NCBI GenBank assembly: GCA_965238075.1
Contig: OZ250173.1
Location: forward strand, 3,168,001 to 3,232,000
Direction: 5' to 3'
From: Candidatus Entotheonellaceae bacterium
GTDB lineage: Bacteria; Tectomicrobia; Entotheonellia; Entotheonellales; Entotheonellaceae
DNA length: 64,000 nt
Numbering within the stretch: position 1 is the first letter of the stretch; every line of letters begins with the position of its first letter. Positions 9,549 through 20,227 of this stretch are shown here, one piece after another. The translations under genes and the position numbers were made by a program. The notes beneath the pieces were generated by a model. The model did not search any database, was not told the origin of the DNA, and was given only the letters and a program-made list of their open reading frames with translations.

Positions 9549-10933
9549 TGAGACGCACGCGGGTTCTCGAAGCGCTGAACAGCGCGCAGGCAAGCGACGC
9601 CATTCTGGTCAAGGGTTGGGTGCGAACCCGGCGCGATGCGAAGGGATTGTCGTTTCTGGAACTCAATGACGGCTCGTGCCTGAAGAATCTGCAGGTCATT
9701 GTCGATGCCGTCACGCCCGCTGCCGCGGCCCTGGAAACGGTCACCACCGGCGCCGCGGTCGAGGTCGAGGGTGCGCTGGTCGCATCGCCCGGCAAAAACC
9801 AGCAGTGGGAAGTACACGCCAATGCCCTTCAGCTGCTGGGCGGCGCCGACCCGGAGTCCTACCCGCTGCAGAAAAAGCGTCACTCCGACGAGTTTCTGCG
9901 TTCCATCGCCCATCTCCGCCCCCGCACCAACAAGTACGGCGCCCTGTTCCGTATCCGTTCCGAAACGGCTTTCGCCGTGCACCAGTTCTTCCGCCAACGC
10001 GGCTTTCACCACCTGCACGCTCCCATCATTACCGGCTCGGACTGCGAGGGCGCCGGTGAGATGTTCCGGGTCACCACCCTGCCCTTTTCGCCGCCGCCCG
10101 GTGCCCCTGAGCGCCCCGGCGTGGCCGACGACTTTTTCGGCAAGGAAGCCAATCTGACCGTGTCCGGGCAACTGGAGGCCGAGTTGTTCGCCTGCGCCTT
10201 GGGCAACGTGTACACCTTTGGGCCGACGTTCCGGGCGGAAAATTCCAACACCCCGCGGCACGCCGCCGAGTTCTGGATGATCGAGCCGGAAATGGCTTTT
10301 GCCGATCTGGAAGATGATATGGACCTGGGCGAGGACTTGGTGCGGGGCTTGGTGAACCACGTCCTGGAGCATTGCGCCGCTGATCTGGAGTTGTTTGCCC
10401 GCTTTGTCGATCCCGACCTGATGGCGAACCTGCGCACCATCGCCGAGGAGTCCTACGTGCGCATGCCGTACACCGAGGCTATCGCCGTCCTGCAACGTTC
10501 GGGCAAGTCGTTCCAGTTTCCGGTCGCCTATGGGGTGGACTTGCAGACCGAGCACGAGCGCTATCTGACGGAGGAACACTGCAAGAAGCCGGTCATGGTG
10601 TACAACTACCCCAAGGAAATTAAATCCTTTTATATGCGGCTGAACGACGACGGCCAGACGGTGGCGGCCATGGATCTGCTGGTGCCGCGCATCGGTGAGC
10701 TCATTGGGGGTAGTCAGCGTGAGGAGCGTCTGGAGGTGCTCGAACGGCGCCTCGGCGAGTTTGACCTGCGGCCGCAGGATTATTGGTGGTATCTGGACAT
10801 ACGACGTTTCGGCACGGCCCCGCACGCCGGCTTCGGGCTGGGCTTTGAGCGTTTGCTGATGATGGTCACCGGCGTTACGAATATCCGCGACGTCATCCCC
10901 TTTCCCCGTACGCCTAAGCACCTGGAATTTTAA
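9548..10933 (+). CDS. asnS: Asparagine--tRNA ligase
   Basis: [50 protein letters not shown] overlap with lysJ. Confidence 0.96.
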   Translation: MRRTRVLEALNSAQASDAILVKGWVRTRRDAKGLSFLELNDGSCLKNLQVIVDAVTPAAAALETVTTGAAVEVEGALVASPGKNQQWEVHANALQLLGGADPESYPLQKKRHSDEFLRSIAHLRPRTNKYGALFRIRSETAFAVHQFFRQRGFHHLHAPIITGSDCEGAGEMFRVTTLPFSPPPGAPERPGVADDFFGKEANLTVSGQLEAELFACALGNVYTFGPTFRAENSNTPRHAAEFWMIEPEMAFADLEDDMDLGEDLVRGLVNHVLEHCAADLELFARFVDPDLMANLRTIAEESYVRMPYTEAIAVLQRSGKSFQFPVAYGVDLQTEHERYLTEEHCKKPVMVYNYPKEIKSFYMRLNDDGQTVAAMDLLVPRIGELIGGSQREERLEVLERRLGEFDLRPQDYWWYLDIRRFGTAPHAGFGLGFERLLMMVTGVTNIRDVIPFPRTPKHLEF

Positions 10934-10978
10934 TTCGACCCCGGCAAGCGACGAAGCTTCGTCGCTCCGGCGAAAGAA

Positions 10979-11080
10979 CGTCACCCCGGACCCCGGATCA
11001 AGTCCGGGGCAGGCTTTGATCCGGGGTCCAGGTATTCGGTGGCACAAGGGTCGCTGGATTCCGGAATTCGCCGGAATGAA
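10979..11080. repeat. Palindromic intergenic repeat, family A (CGTCAC...GTCCAG...CTGGATTCCGG...CCGGAATGA)
   Basis: Nested inverted repeats between convergent asnS and clpA; related copies at 15160-16291 (split by IS30) and 58177-58278. Confidence 0.75.
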
Positions 11081-11135
11081 CAGCAGCATGCCTCGACGCC
11101 ATATCGTTCAGATTCTTCCCTGACCAAGCGGGGCC

Positions 11136-13424
11136 CTACGACGCACGAAACGCCAGCACCAAGTCGTTCTTCCTGACCTTGACGACCGCTCGGCCCCCCT
11201 CTTGCAGGTCCCCGAACAGAATCGCTTCAGACAACGACTCCGTGATGCGCTGCTGGATCAAACGGGCCATCGGGCGCGCACCATGGAAACGGTCAAAACC
11301 CTCCTGTGCCAGCCAGCGCCGCGCCGCGTCTGTCAGCTGCAGGCTCACCTGCTTGTCTTCAAGCTTGCCTCGCAGCTCGTCGACAAACTTATCAACGACA
11401 CGCTCCACGTCTGCCATGGTGAGGGCGTTGAACTGAACCCAGGCGTCGAGGCGATTGCGAAACTCGGGGCTGAAAGTGCGTTCGATGGCAGTCTTGGCCT
11501 TCGCCGCCGCTGCACCCGGGTCGCTGTCGCCACGTTTCGCGCCTGTGGCACGAAAGCCGATCTCTTCGCTGGCGATTTCACGCCCTCCGGCGTTCGTGGT
11601 CATGATGACGACGACGTTGCGGAAGTCCGCCTTCTTGCCGTTGTTGTCCGTCAGGGTGGCGTGGTCCATCACCTGCAACAGCAGGTTGAACACGTCGGGA
11701 TGCGCCTTCTCGATTTCGTCCAATACCAGAACGGCGTGCGGCGTTTTGACCACGGCGTCGGTCAACAGCCCGCCTTGATCGAACCCCACATAACCCGGCG
11801 GCGCCCCGATCAACCGCGACACGGTGTGTTTCTCCATGTACTCGCTCATGTCGAAGCGAAGGAAGTTTACGCCGAGCACCCGGGCGAGCTGTCTGGCGAG
11901 TTCGGTCTTTCCCACCCCGGTCGGGCCCGCAAACAGAAACGAGCCGATCGGCTTCGTGGCCGCGCCCAGCCCGGAACGCGACAGTTTCACCGCCTTGACG
12001 ACCCGCTCGATGGCGTGGTTCTGCCCATAAATGACGCCTTTCAGCGCCTTATCCAGATTGGCCAAGCGGTCTTTGTCCGAACTCGAAACGGAACGCGCGG
12101 GAATTCTGGCCATGTCGGCCACCACCCGCTCAATATCAGGCACGGTGATCTGTCTGCCAACCCGCTCGTCCTCGGGCAGTAGTTTCACCGCCGCGCCCGC
12201 CTCGTCAATCACGTCGATGGCCTTGTCCGGCAGGAAACGATCGCTGATGTGCTTGGCGGACAACTCAGCCGCTGCTGCAAGGGCCGCATCGTTGTACGTG
12301 ATGCCGTGATGGGTCTCGTAATAGCCCCGCAGCCCCTGCAGGATGCGTTGGGTATCGGCCACGGAAGGTTCGTCGATGTCGATCTTTTGGAACCGCCGGC
12401 CGAGGGCCTTATCGCGTTCGAAAGAGGCTTTGTATTCGGGAAAGGTGGTCGAGCCGATGCACCGCAGTTCCCCGCCGGCCAGGGCCGGCTTGAGCAGGTT
12501 CGAGGCGTCCATCATGCCGCCCTCAACCGCTCCGGCGCGTACGATGGTGTGGATTTCGTCGATGAACAGGATCGCTCCCGGCTTCTCGCGCAGCGCTTTG
12601 ATGACGGCCTTGAGGCGCTGTTCGAACTGGCCTCGGTACTGGGCTCCGGCGATGAGCGCTCCCAAATCCAGGGCGTAAACCTCGGTGTTGCGCAGGGCTT
12701 CCGGGACCTCGCCGCGCTGAATTCTGAGGGCTAGGCCCTCGGCGACGGCCGTTTTGCCGACGCCCGGCTCGCCGACGTACACCGGGTTGTTCTTGCGGCG
12801 GCGGCACAAGACCTGGATGGTGCGTCTGATCTCCGCCTCGCGCCCGATGAGCGGGTCGATGCCGTCATTCTCGGCCAGCTCGATCAGATTGACCGTGAAG
12901 GCGGCCAACGGATCACGCGCCGGGCGCGCCGCGCCAGTCTCGCCGCCGGGGGTTGCGGGGTCCTCCGTTCTGTCGTCTTCATCCGCGAAGCCGCGTTTTG
13001 AAATGCCGTGCGAAATATAGTTCAGAACGTCCAACTTGCTGATGCCCTGCTTCTGCAGCAGATAAACGGCGTGCGAGCGTGTCTCTTGAAACATCGCAGC
13101 CAGCACGTTGCCGCCGTCGATTGCCGGCTGGCCCGAGCCCTGCGCCTGCAGTAACGCGCGCTGCAGGACGCGCTCGAATGACGCTGTCGGCTGCGGCGCC
13201 GCATTCACCCCGCGCGGCAGCGCTTGCAGGTGCTCCGCCATGAACGCGTCCAGGGCGCTCCTGATCTGCGCGATGTCGCCGCCGCAGTTGTGAATCACGT
13301 CGTTGCTGGTTGGATCATCCAGCAGCGCGTGCAGGACGTGTTCCAGCGTGATGTATTCGTGGCGCTGGTGCGCGGCCGCATGGCTGGCCTCGCTGAGCGA
13401 CCGTTGCAAGTCTCGTGTCAACAT
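11136..13424 (-). CDS. clpA: ATP-dependent Clp protease ATP-binding subunit ClpA
   Basis: Clp N domain; two Walker A motifs ([16 protein letters not shown]); RFDMSEYME; no ClpB middle coiled coil; next to clpS. Confidence 0.96.
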   Translation of the reverse strand: MLTRDLQRSLSEASHAAAHQRHEYITLEHVLHALLDDPTSNDVIHNCGGDIAQIRSALDAFMAEHLQALPRGVNAAPQPTASFERVLQRALLQAQGSGQPAIDGGNVLAAMFQETRSHAVYLLQKQGISKLDVLNYISHGISKRGFADEDDRTEDPATPGGETGAARPARDPLAAFTVNLIELAENDGIDPLIGREAEIRRTIQVLCRRRKNNPVYVGEPGVGKTAVAEGLALRIQRGEVPEALRNTEVYALDLGALIAGAQYRGQFEQRLKAVIKALREKPGAILFIDEIHTIVRAGAVEGGMMDASNLLKPALAGGELRCIGSTTFPEYKASFERDKALGRRFQKIDIDEPSVADTQRILQGLRGYYETHHGITYNDAALAAAAELSAKHISDRFLPDKAIDVIDEAGAAVKLLPEDERVGRQITVPDIERVVADMARIPARSVSSSDKDRLANLDKALKGVIYGQNHAIERVVKAVKLSRSGLGAATKPIGSFLFAGPTGVGKTELARQLARVLGVNFLRFDMSEYMEKHTVSRLIGAPPGYVGFDQGGLLTDAVVKTPHAVLVLDEIEKAHPDVFNLLLQVMDHATLTDNNGKKADFRNVVVIMTTNAGGREIASEEIGFRATGAKRGDSDPGAAAAKAKTAIERTFSPEFRNRLDAWVQFNALTMADVERVVDKFVDELRGKLEDKQVSLQLTDAARRWLAQEGFDRFHGARPMARLIQQRITESLSEAILFGDLQEGGRAVVKVRKNDLVLAFRAS

Positions 13425-13461
13425 GGTGCGATCACCCGTACGCCGCTTCCGGCAATCATGG

Positions 13462-13788
13462 CTACTCCTGTTCGAGGGTGCACAGCAGGGGGAAATCCTC
13501 TGCTCCGGCGAGTTCCGCGACCCTGTTCACCTTGGCCTCGGCGATTTCATACGTATAGACACCCGCCACGCCGACGCCCTGATGATGCACCGCGAGCATG
13601 ATCTGCAGGGCCTCCGGCTCCGGGCGGTGAAACACCTGGAGCAGAATGTCGACCACGAACTCCATGGTTGTGAAGTCGTCGTTGTGCAGCAGGACCTTGA
13701 ACAAGGGCGGTTTTTCGATCTGCTTGGCAGTCTCGGCGAGCGTCCCGACGCCGTGGCCGGGCGTGTTGTCTTCTTCCCAGTCCGGCAT
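13462..13788 (-). CDS. clpS: Clp protease adaptor ClpS
   Basis: FKVLLHNDDFTTMEFVV...IMLAVHHQG...FPLLCTLE; GGAGG RBS. Confidence 0.96.
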   Translation of the reverse strand: MPDWEEDNTPGHGVGTLAETAKQIEKPPLFKVLLHNDDFTTMEFVVDILLQVFHRPEPEALQIMLAVHHQGVGVAGVYTYEIAEAKVNRVAELAGAEDFPLLCTLEQE

Positions 13789-13919
13789 GATCAAACCTCC
13801 AGGTCTTGGCGATCGACGACGGAAATTCTTGCAGGCGCGCAGCAAAATTTCAACCGCCGGGACCCCATGCTATGATGCCGCGCTTGCCATCGAAACCCCT
13901 CAATTGAAGGAGGCGCGAC

Positions 13920-14858
13920 ATGCGGTTTGGCCTGGGATTGCCCCACAGCGGGGACGGCGTTCAGGGCGCCAAAATCATCGAGTTTGCCCAACGCGCCGAG
14001 GCGCTTGGCTTTGAATCGCTGTGGTGCGGCGACCATATTCTACTGCCCACCGCCGGCACCAACCAGTATCCCTATACGGCTGACGGCTCATTTCCTCGCG
14101 ATGCGAGCGTCGGCTTCCTGGAAACCCTCAGCGTGCTGTGCTACGTGGCCGCGGTTACCGAACGCATCCGCCTGGGCAGCACGGTCATCATTCTGCCCTA
14201 CCGCAACCCCATCGTGCAGGCCAAGGTGTTTGCCACCCTGGACGTGCTGAGCGGCGGGCGGGCGATCTGCGGGGTTGGCGTCGGCTGGCTCGAAAAGGAG
14301 TTCCAAAGCCTCGGAGTTCCATACGCCGAACGCGGGCCCATGAGCGACGAATTCCTCCGCATCTTCCACACGTTATGGAACGACGAGCACCCGGAATTTC
14401 ACGGCAAATTCTATCAGTTCGATGGCATGCAGTTTCAGCCCAAGCCGGTCCAGAATCCCCTGCCCATCTGGGTCGGCGGCCATAGCCGGCGCGCCATCCG
14501 ACGCACCATCGCGTACGGCCAGGCCTGGCACCCGACGCGCCAGACACCCGCCTACGTACTCGAACACCTCCCTTATTTGCGCGAAGAGGCGGAACGCGCC
14601 GGCCGCGACCCGGACGGCATCACCATTTCCCTCAAGCGCAGTCTCCACATCACCGACATCGGCCCGACCGGCGAGGCTGCCTTCCGCTCCGGCAACGCTC
14701 TGATCGGCACCACGCAGGACATTATTGACGATGCCCGCCGCTGCCAGGACATGGGTATTCACCAACTCACCTACGACTTTCGCACCGACGACGTCGCGCA
14801 GCAAATCGCCATCATCGAGCAGGTCGCCGACCGTGTGATGCCAACCGTAGCGGCGTGA
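13920..14858 (+). CDS. LLM-class, probably F420-dependent, oxidoreductase
   Basis: GFESLWCGDH, RIRLGSTV, LDVLSGGR, GVGVGW, PIWVGG; F420 biosynthesis genes occur in the window. Confidence 0.85.
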   Translation: MRFGLGLPHSGDGVQGAKIIEFAQRAEALGFESLWCGDHILLPTAGTNQYPYTADGSFPRDASVGFLETLSVLCYVAAVTERIRLGSTVIILPYRNPIVQAKVFATLDVLSGGRAICGVGVGWLEKEFQSLGVPYAERGPMSDEFLRIFHTLWNDEHPEFHGKFYQFDGMQFQPKPVQNPLPIWVGGHSRRAIRRTIAYGQAWHPTRQTPAYVLEHLPYLREEAERAGRDPDGITISLKRSLHITDIGPTGEAAFRSGNALIGTTQDIIDDARRCQDMGIHQLTYDFRTDDVAQQIAIIEQVADRVMPTVAA

Positions 14859-15236
14859 TCCGGCCGTTACGAGATCCTCCCCTCTGCGCGACCTGTCGCT
14901 GTCGGCATTTACGTAGTTTCACTATGTGGCGTAAAATAATATGTTGTGTGCCACATATTGAAATTGCCGAAATGTGAGCCATGAATGGCAAACAACTCGC
15001 GCCTTGCATGCCGGCGTTCAGATGGGGTCCTCGTCGCTTTTGTTTGGTGGGAGCGAAGGGTCTCCTTTCGCAGTAACCGCCGTCGGCCTTACCGGTGGCC
15101 ACGCACAAAAGGAATACAATTCACCAAGCCGTAATCTTAGGAATGATGAGTCGTCGATCCGTCACTCCAGTGGAAGCCGGGGTCCAGGTTCTTCGGTAGC
15201 CAGGAGCCCGTCCCGGCCTCGGGGCAGTGGATTCCC

Positions 15237-16266
15237 TAGAATCACAAACGAAGTGCAACACTTTGTTAAGGTGTTGCCATGGGACTTTGCTACACACACC
15301 TCAACATCGAGGAGCGATGTCACATTGCCCGATTACGTACCGAGGGACACTCAGTGCGCCAAATCGCGGCAAGTCTGGATCGCACGCCATCAACCCTTAG
15401 TCGGGAGCTGAAACGCAATGGCTCAAAGACCCGCGGCTACCAGCCCCGCTATGCCGACCAGCAAGCACGCGCCAGGCGTTGGCGCGGCTCAAAGCTTGAG
15501 CGCGATGCAGCCCTGCGACACCGCGTCCTGGCCTGCCTCAAGCTCGGCTGGTCGCCCCAACAGGTGGCCGGCAGGCTCGCCCGCGAGGCCACCAAGTGCC
15601 TTATGTCATACGAGACCATCTACCGCTTCATCTATGCCCAACTCGCCCGCAAGAACGACTACGCCTGGCGCCACTATCTGCCCTTTGCCAAATCGAAACG
15701 CGGCAGACGGCGGCGCAAAGGCCGCAGTCCGGCGTCCTTCATCAAACTCAGACGACCCCTGGCGGAGCGTCCGACCGAGGTCGCTGAGCGCCGCACACCC
15801 GGACACTGGGAGGCCGACCTGATGCTGTTCAGGACTTATGGACAAGCGATTCTGACTTTGCACGAGCGCCAGTCGCGCCTGCTCATCGCAGCCAGGGCGC
15901 CCGGCAAAGCCGCCGCTCCCATCGCCAAGGCCATGAGAGGTCTCCTGGGCTCCTTGCCGTCTGAGTGGCGGCAAACGGTCACCTTCGACAACGGCACGGA
16001 GTTCGCCAGACATTACCGACTCCATGACCTCGGTATCGAGACCTTTTTCTGCGACGCGCATGCGCCGTGGCAAAAGGGTGGTGTGGAAAACGCCATCGGT
16101 CGCATGCGTCGCAGCTTGCCCCGCAAGAGCGATCTGACGGGCTTGTCAGAGGAGCGCTTTACGGAACGGGTGCAGGCGTACAACAATACGCCTCGCAAAT
16201 GTCTCGGTTACCAAACGCCAGCCGAGACCTTCTGGAAACACGTGTTGCACTTGAAATGTGAATCTA
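15237..16266 (+). mobile_element. IS30-family insertion sequence
   Basis: Imperfect 25-bp terminal inverted repeats TAGAATCACAAACGAAGTGCAACAC (15237-15261) and GTGTTGCACTTGAAATGTGAATCTA (16242-16266), 20/25 match; exact ends uncertain by 1-3 bp. Confidence 0.9.
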
Positions 16267-16289
16267 CCCTCCGGCATGCGCCGGAGTGA
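15279..16289 (+). CDS. IS30 transposase
   Basis: N-terminal HTH (STLSRELKRN), GHWEADL, TFDNGTEF, PWQKGGVEN, PRKCLGYQTP; stop codon lies outside the right IR. Confidence 0.95.
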   Translation: MGLCYTHLNIEERCHIARLRTEGHSVRQIAASLDRTPSTLSRELKRNGSKTRGYQPRYADQQARARRWRGSKLERDAALRHRVLACLKLGWSPQQVAGRLAREATKCLMSYETIYRFIYAQLARKNDYAWRHYLPFAKSKRGRRRRKGRSPASFIKLRRPLAERPTEVAERRTPGHWEADLMLFRTYGQAILTLHERQSRLLIAARAPGKAAAPIAKAMRGLLGSLPSEWRQTVTFDNGTEFARHYRLHDLGIETFFCDAHAPWQKGGVENAIGRMRRSLPRKSDLTGLSEERFTERVQAYNNTPRKCLGYQTPAETFWKHVLHLKCESTLRHAPE

Positions 16290-16500
16290 CGACTTGGAGG
16301 CATTGGCCGCGCCGCCCTTTTCGATTAGGTACGGAATGTTCTAGTGCCCTATCGGTGGCTCTGGAGACCATTTTGTTGGCACGATGGAGCGCCTCGGGAA
16401 AGAATTGAACAATCGTTGCGCGGAGGCAGGGAGCGGATAGCTGGAAAGGGATGTCGGCGTGGAAAATATTATTATGCCTTGTATGGCGTATAAAATAAAG

Positions 16501-17634
16501 TTATGTGTCATACAATGAGCGAATATCGGAATCCTTTTCTGCAAGGCTGAGCAGGCCGGAAAAGCCGAGCAACGCTGGCCGGCGTCCATTGGCGGCTCGG
16601 ATCTCCTGCAGAATCCCTTCCTCCATCAGCGTGCCGAGTAACCGGTGCGCAGTCCGCTTGGGCACTCCCGCCGCGGTGGTGAAGTCCGAGCTGCGCACGA
16701 CCGGGTGGCCGAATAACCATGTCAGGGCATCAACGGTATTTGGAGAACGGGTGATGACGGAGAAGTGGCGGGTGGTCCGATCATAGAGATCAAAGATCTC
16801 CTGTGCTTTTGCCAAGTTGTCTTCCGCCTGCATTCGTAATGCTTCGAGAAAATAGCGGCACCAGCTTGTCCAGTCGCCGTCGCGGAAAATCGCCAACAAT
16901 CCGTCGTAATACAGGTCGCGTCGTTCCTCGAGGTAGGCGCTGATATAGAAGACCGGCCGCCGAATCATTCCCTGATGCCACAGAAACAGGGGCACAAGCA
17001 TGCGCCCAAGGCGTCCGTTGCCTTCTGCAAACGGATGCAACGCTTCGAATTCCGCGTGCAAAATGGCAAGCTGAATCAGGCGATCCGGCACCGCTTCGTG
17101 AATGTAGCGCTCCCATCTGGCAACACCATCCGGCAACTCGACTGCGTCGATGGGGACGTAGGCGTCCCTCTCGACCGAGGTACCGGGACGTCCGACTCGG
17201 CCAGGGCCGCGTCGCAGTTCGCCGGGCGCTTGTTCGGTTCGTTGGGTGCCGCGCAGCAGCGTTCGGTGGGCCGCGCGGATGACACCCAAGCAGAGTGGCA
17301 ACTCCGCCAGCATTTGTTCCGCCCGGTGTAGTGCCAAGTGATAATTCAGCGTCTGTTCAACGTCGCGGCGCAATGCCGGCGAATCGACTTTCTGCCCGGC
17401 TTCGAATTCGAGCACCTCACCCAGAGTCGCCCGTCCGCCATCCATGCGTGAGGAGATAACAGCTTCCCGGAGCGATAGAAGGGTCAGCAGATTATCGGGA
17501 TCTGAAAAAGCGGCAAGCAATCCATCATAGCGTGCCACAGAAGCGGATGCAGGGCCGATGAGCGGGATCAACTGTGCCCAATCCAGGCAATCTTGAGGCG
17601 GAAAAGCCCCTGGCCGGTAGTGAATGGGTGGCAT
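16501..17634 (-). CDS. Fic family protein with C-terminal HTH
   Basis: HPFAEGNGRLGR Fic motif. Confidence 0.9.
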   Translation of the reverse strand: MPPIHYRPGAFPPQDCLDWAQLIPLIGPASASVARYDGLLAAFSDPDNLLTLLSLREAVISSRMDGGRATLGEVLEFEAGQKVDSPALRRDVEQTLNYHLALHRAEQMLAELPLCLGVIRAAHRTLLRGTQRTEQAPGELRRGPGRVGRPGTSVERDAYVPIDAVELPDGVARWERYIHEAVPDRLIQLAILHAEFEALHPFAEGNGRLGRMLVPLFLWHQGMIRRPVFYISAYLEERRDLYYDGLLAIFRDGDWTSWCRYFLEALRMQAEDNLAKAQEIFDLYDRTTRHFSVITRSPNTVDALTWLFGHPVVRSSDFTTAAGVPKRTAHRLLGTLMEEGILQEIRAANGRRPALLGFSGLLSLAEKDSDIRSLYDT

Positions 17635-17664
17635 CGGGTTTCTTCTTCGAGAATTGGTTGGCGG

Positions 17665-20016
17665 CTACACGTCTTCAGTTTTTACCACCGCCTTGCCGTA
17701 AAGGTCGGCAATGGCGTCCTCAGTATAGCCAACTTCCCGAAGCATGTCCCGTGTGTGCTGACCCAGCAGGGGGGTGGATTTGCCGGGCACGGCGGGGGTG
17801 TTGCCGAATTGCACGTAATGCCCCGCAACTAGCATGTGGCCAACAACGGGGTGGTCGTATGCCAAAACCATTCGATTGTCGGTGGCATGCGGGTCGTCGA
17901 GAAAAACTTCGCTGTCGCCGCCAACAACGGGGGAGCAAGGGATGTTTGCGGACTGTAGCCGCTTCACGGCCTCCGTCAGGCACAGGTCGGCGAAACGCTG
18001 GGCCAGGGCGTCGGCCGGCGGGGCCACACTGGGGTGCCCCTCCCCTCCCCCTGTTAAACCGCTTGGTTGCTCCGTGCTCGCCTCGCAACCCAAGGTTTCG
18101 CACAGGGCTTGCCGGGCGGCGGGTGCATCCGCGGCAACATACAGCCAGCCATCCTTTACTTCATACAGGCGATGAAACGCCGTCAGGCCGTACTGGCCCT
18201 TGTCAGCCAGGGGACGCGCGGGTTTGCCCTCGTAGCGCGTGAACCACTCGGAGGTGAGCATGATGCCGCCGTTGAGCAGGTTGGTATCGACGCGCTGCAC
18301 CTGGCCGGTGCGCTCGCGGACGAACAGGGCCAGGATGGTGCCGTACGCGCCCATCGCACCGGCGGTGTAATCGGTGGGTGCCAGTTGGGCGGGGAAAACG
18401 GGTGGGTTTTCGGCACCGCCTTGGGCGCGTGACAGGCCCATGAGGGCTTGCGACAGCGGATCAATGCCGGGCCGATGGGCGTAGGGACCCGTGGCGCCGA
18501 ATCCGGTCACGTGCGTTTCGATCAGGCGCGGGTTCAATTCTCGCAAGTTATCCGGCCCCAAGCCCATACGCGCCGTGGCGCCGGGGCGCAGGTTGGCCAG
18601 CATGACGTCCGCAGTCGCCGCCACTTTCTGCGCCACGGTCTTGCCGTCCGGCTCGCGCGTGTTGAGACAGAGGGAACGTTTGTTGATGTTGACGTTGAAG
18701 AAATACGTGCGGCCAAGGGGGCGCGAAATGTCGCCGGCGTGGGGCTCCACTTTGATGACATCGGCGCCCAGGTCGGCAAGCAGGCGCCCGGCGATGGGGC
18801 CGGCGATCAGATTGGTGATCTCCAATACCCTGACCCCTTGCAGGGGCAGGTCGAATTCCGTTTCGGGCAACGGGGCGGACGATACAGCCGCCGGGGTTGC
18901 CGCATCCTCGGGTAGGTCGGATGACAACGTATCAGGCAGTGTGCGCGGCCCCTGAATCCGTCCGGGCGTCTGCGAAAGTTGAACGGGCACGCCCATTTGT
19001 GCCAGCGACCCGACCTCGGGGTCCGTCAGCGTCTCGACCATGCCGTTAGCCTGCACCTGCGGATCGTTCAAGCCCTCTTCAGTGGTCCGCGCCAGGGCGT
19101 ATGGCACGTCGGCGTCCTCGAAGCAGTTGGCCCAGTGGGCGTATGGCTGCGCCACGACCGCGTCGGCAATGCGTGCCCGCAGGTCGAGGTCGGCCTCCGG
19201 GGACACCGGGATTTGCCCGCCGCCGTATCGCGGGTCGTCGAGTACGTCAGCAATGCCCATGACCCTCGCCGCGGTTTGGATGAAGCCGAGGTGCACGCAG
19301 CCCAGTTGCACCCAATTGCCGTCGGCGCAGGCGTAAACGCTGTAAAACGGCCCGCTGCCGGCCGGGTGGGTCTGAAAGGGCCGCGGTTCCAGGTTCTGCG
19401 CCACCACTTTGGGTTGATACAGCAGGGACCCCGCCATCAGGGACGTTTCCACGGTCCGTCCTCTACCCGTCTTCTCTCTGGCCAGCAAGGCCGCCGCAGT
19501 GCCGATGGCGGCGAAGAGCGCCGCTCCGACGCTGGGCAGCGGGTGCACCACGTGCACGGGCCCGGGGCGATAACCGGGCATGGTGTCCAGGATGCCCATG
19601 CGTGCCATCACGAGTTCGTCGATTGCCGGTTCGTCTTTAAGCGGGCCGTGCTTGCCGTATGCGGTGATGGAGCAGTGAACCAGTCGGGGATTGAGGGCGG
19701 CGAGCCAATCAGGCCGCACCAGAGCTTGCTGGTCGGATGAAGGCGGGAAGTCTTCGAGCACAACGTCGGCACTGCGGATCAGGTGTTCATAGGCCGCGGC
19801 CTGCGGCTGTGCCGAGGTGACTTGAGAGAAGTCCAACCGGCGGCATGCCTTGCCGCGGTCCCAAACCAGGTAGCCGCCGCGCCGCGTGGCTGGCGCCTCG
19901 CTGTCGAGCAGCCGGATGACCCGGGCGCCGTGGTCGCAAAGAAACATGCCGGCCATGGCCCCTGCCGGATTGTGGCTCAGTTCCAACACCGTGATGCCAT
20001 CCAACGCGCTCGCCAT
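17665..20016 (-). CDS. Tandem two-domain class III CoA-transferase (CaiB/BaiF)
   Basis: Two CaiB repeats (LDGITVLEL...GARVIR; LQGVRVLEI...LADLGADVIKVEP...NINKRS), C-terminal PLLGQHT. Confidence 0.9.
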   Translation of the reverse strand: MASALDGITVLELSHNPAGAMAGMFLCDHGARVIRLLDSEAPATRRGGYLVWDRGKACRRLDFSQVTSAQPQAAAYEHLIRSADVVLEDFPPSSDQQALVRPDWLAALNPRLVHCSITAYGKHGPLKDEPAIDELVMARMGILDTMPGYRPGPVHVVHPLPSVGAALFAAIGTAAALLAREKTGRGRTVETSLMAGSLLYQPKVVAQNLEPRPFQTHPAGSGPFYSVYACADGNWVQLGCVHLGFIQTAARVMGIADVLDDPRYGGGQIPVSPEADLDLRARIADAVVAQPYAHWANCFEDADVPYALARTTEEGLNDPQVQANGMVETLTDPEVGSLAQMGVPVQLSQTPGRIQGPRTLPDTLSSDLPEDAATPAAVSSAPLPETEFDLPLQGVRVLEITNLIAGPIAGRLLADLGADVIKVEPHAGDISRPLGRTYFFNVNINKRSLCLNTREPDGKTVAQKVAATADVMLANLRPGATARMGLGPDNLRELNPRLIETHVTGFGATGPYAHRPGIDPLSQALMGLSRAQGGAENPPVFPAQLAPTDYTAGAMGAYGTILALFVRERTGQVQRVDTNLLNGGIMLTSEWFTRYEGKPARPLADKGQYGLTAFHRLYEVKDGWLYVAADAPAARQALCETLGCEASTEQPSGLTGGGEGHPSVAPPADALAQRFADLCLTEAVKRLQSANIPCSPVVGGDSEVFLDDPHATDNRMVLAYDHPVVGHMLVAGHYVQFGNTPAVPGKSTPLLGQHTRDMLREVGYTEDAIADLYGKAVVKTEDV

Positions 20017-20160
20017 GTGTGTCCTGTCTCCCGCATCGTGCTTGCGTATTGAAAATTGGTTTGATTCCTAAAGCGGCTCATTGTCGACGCTTAGGAATTG
20101 GGGTGTCAAGGATTTCCGGCGTGGGGCCTTGGGCCTGCGGAAGTCCCCCGATGGCTTCGT

Positions 20161-20178
20161 GTTATATTTTCCTATAAC
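20161..20178. promoter_or_regulatory. Palindromic operator of the pemIK-type module
   Basis: GTTATATTTTCCTATAAC, an 18-bp GTTATA/TATAAC dyad 50 nt upstream of the antitoxin; resembles kis-kid operator palindromes. Confidence 0.6.
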
Positions 20179-20227
20179 CTGCCTCTATTATTCGTGTACA
20201 TGACGTCCCGTACAGGAGAGCAATCCC

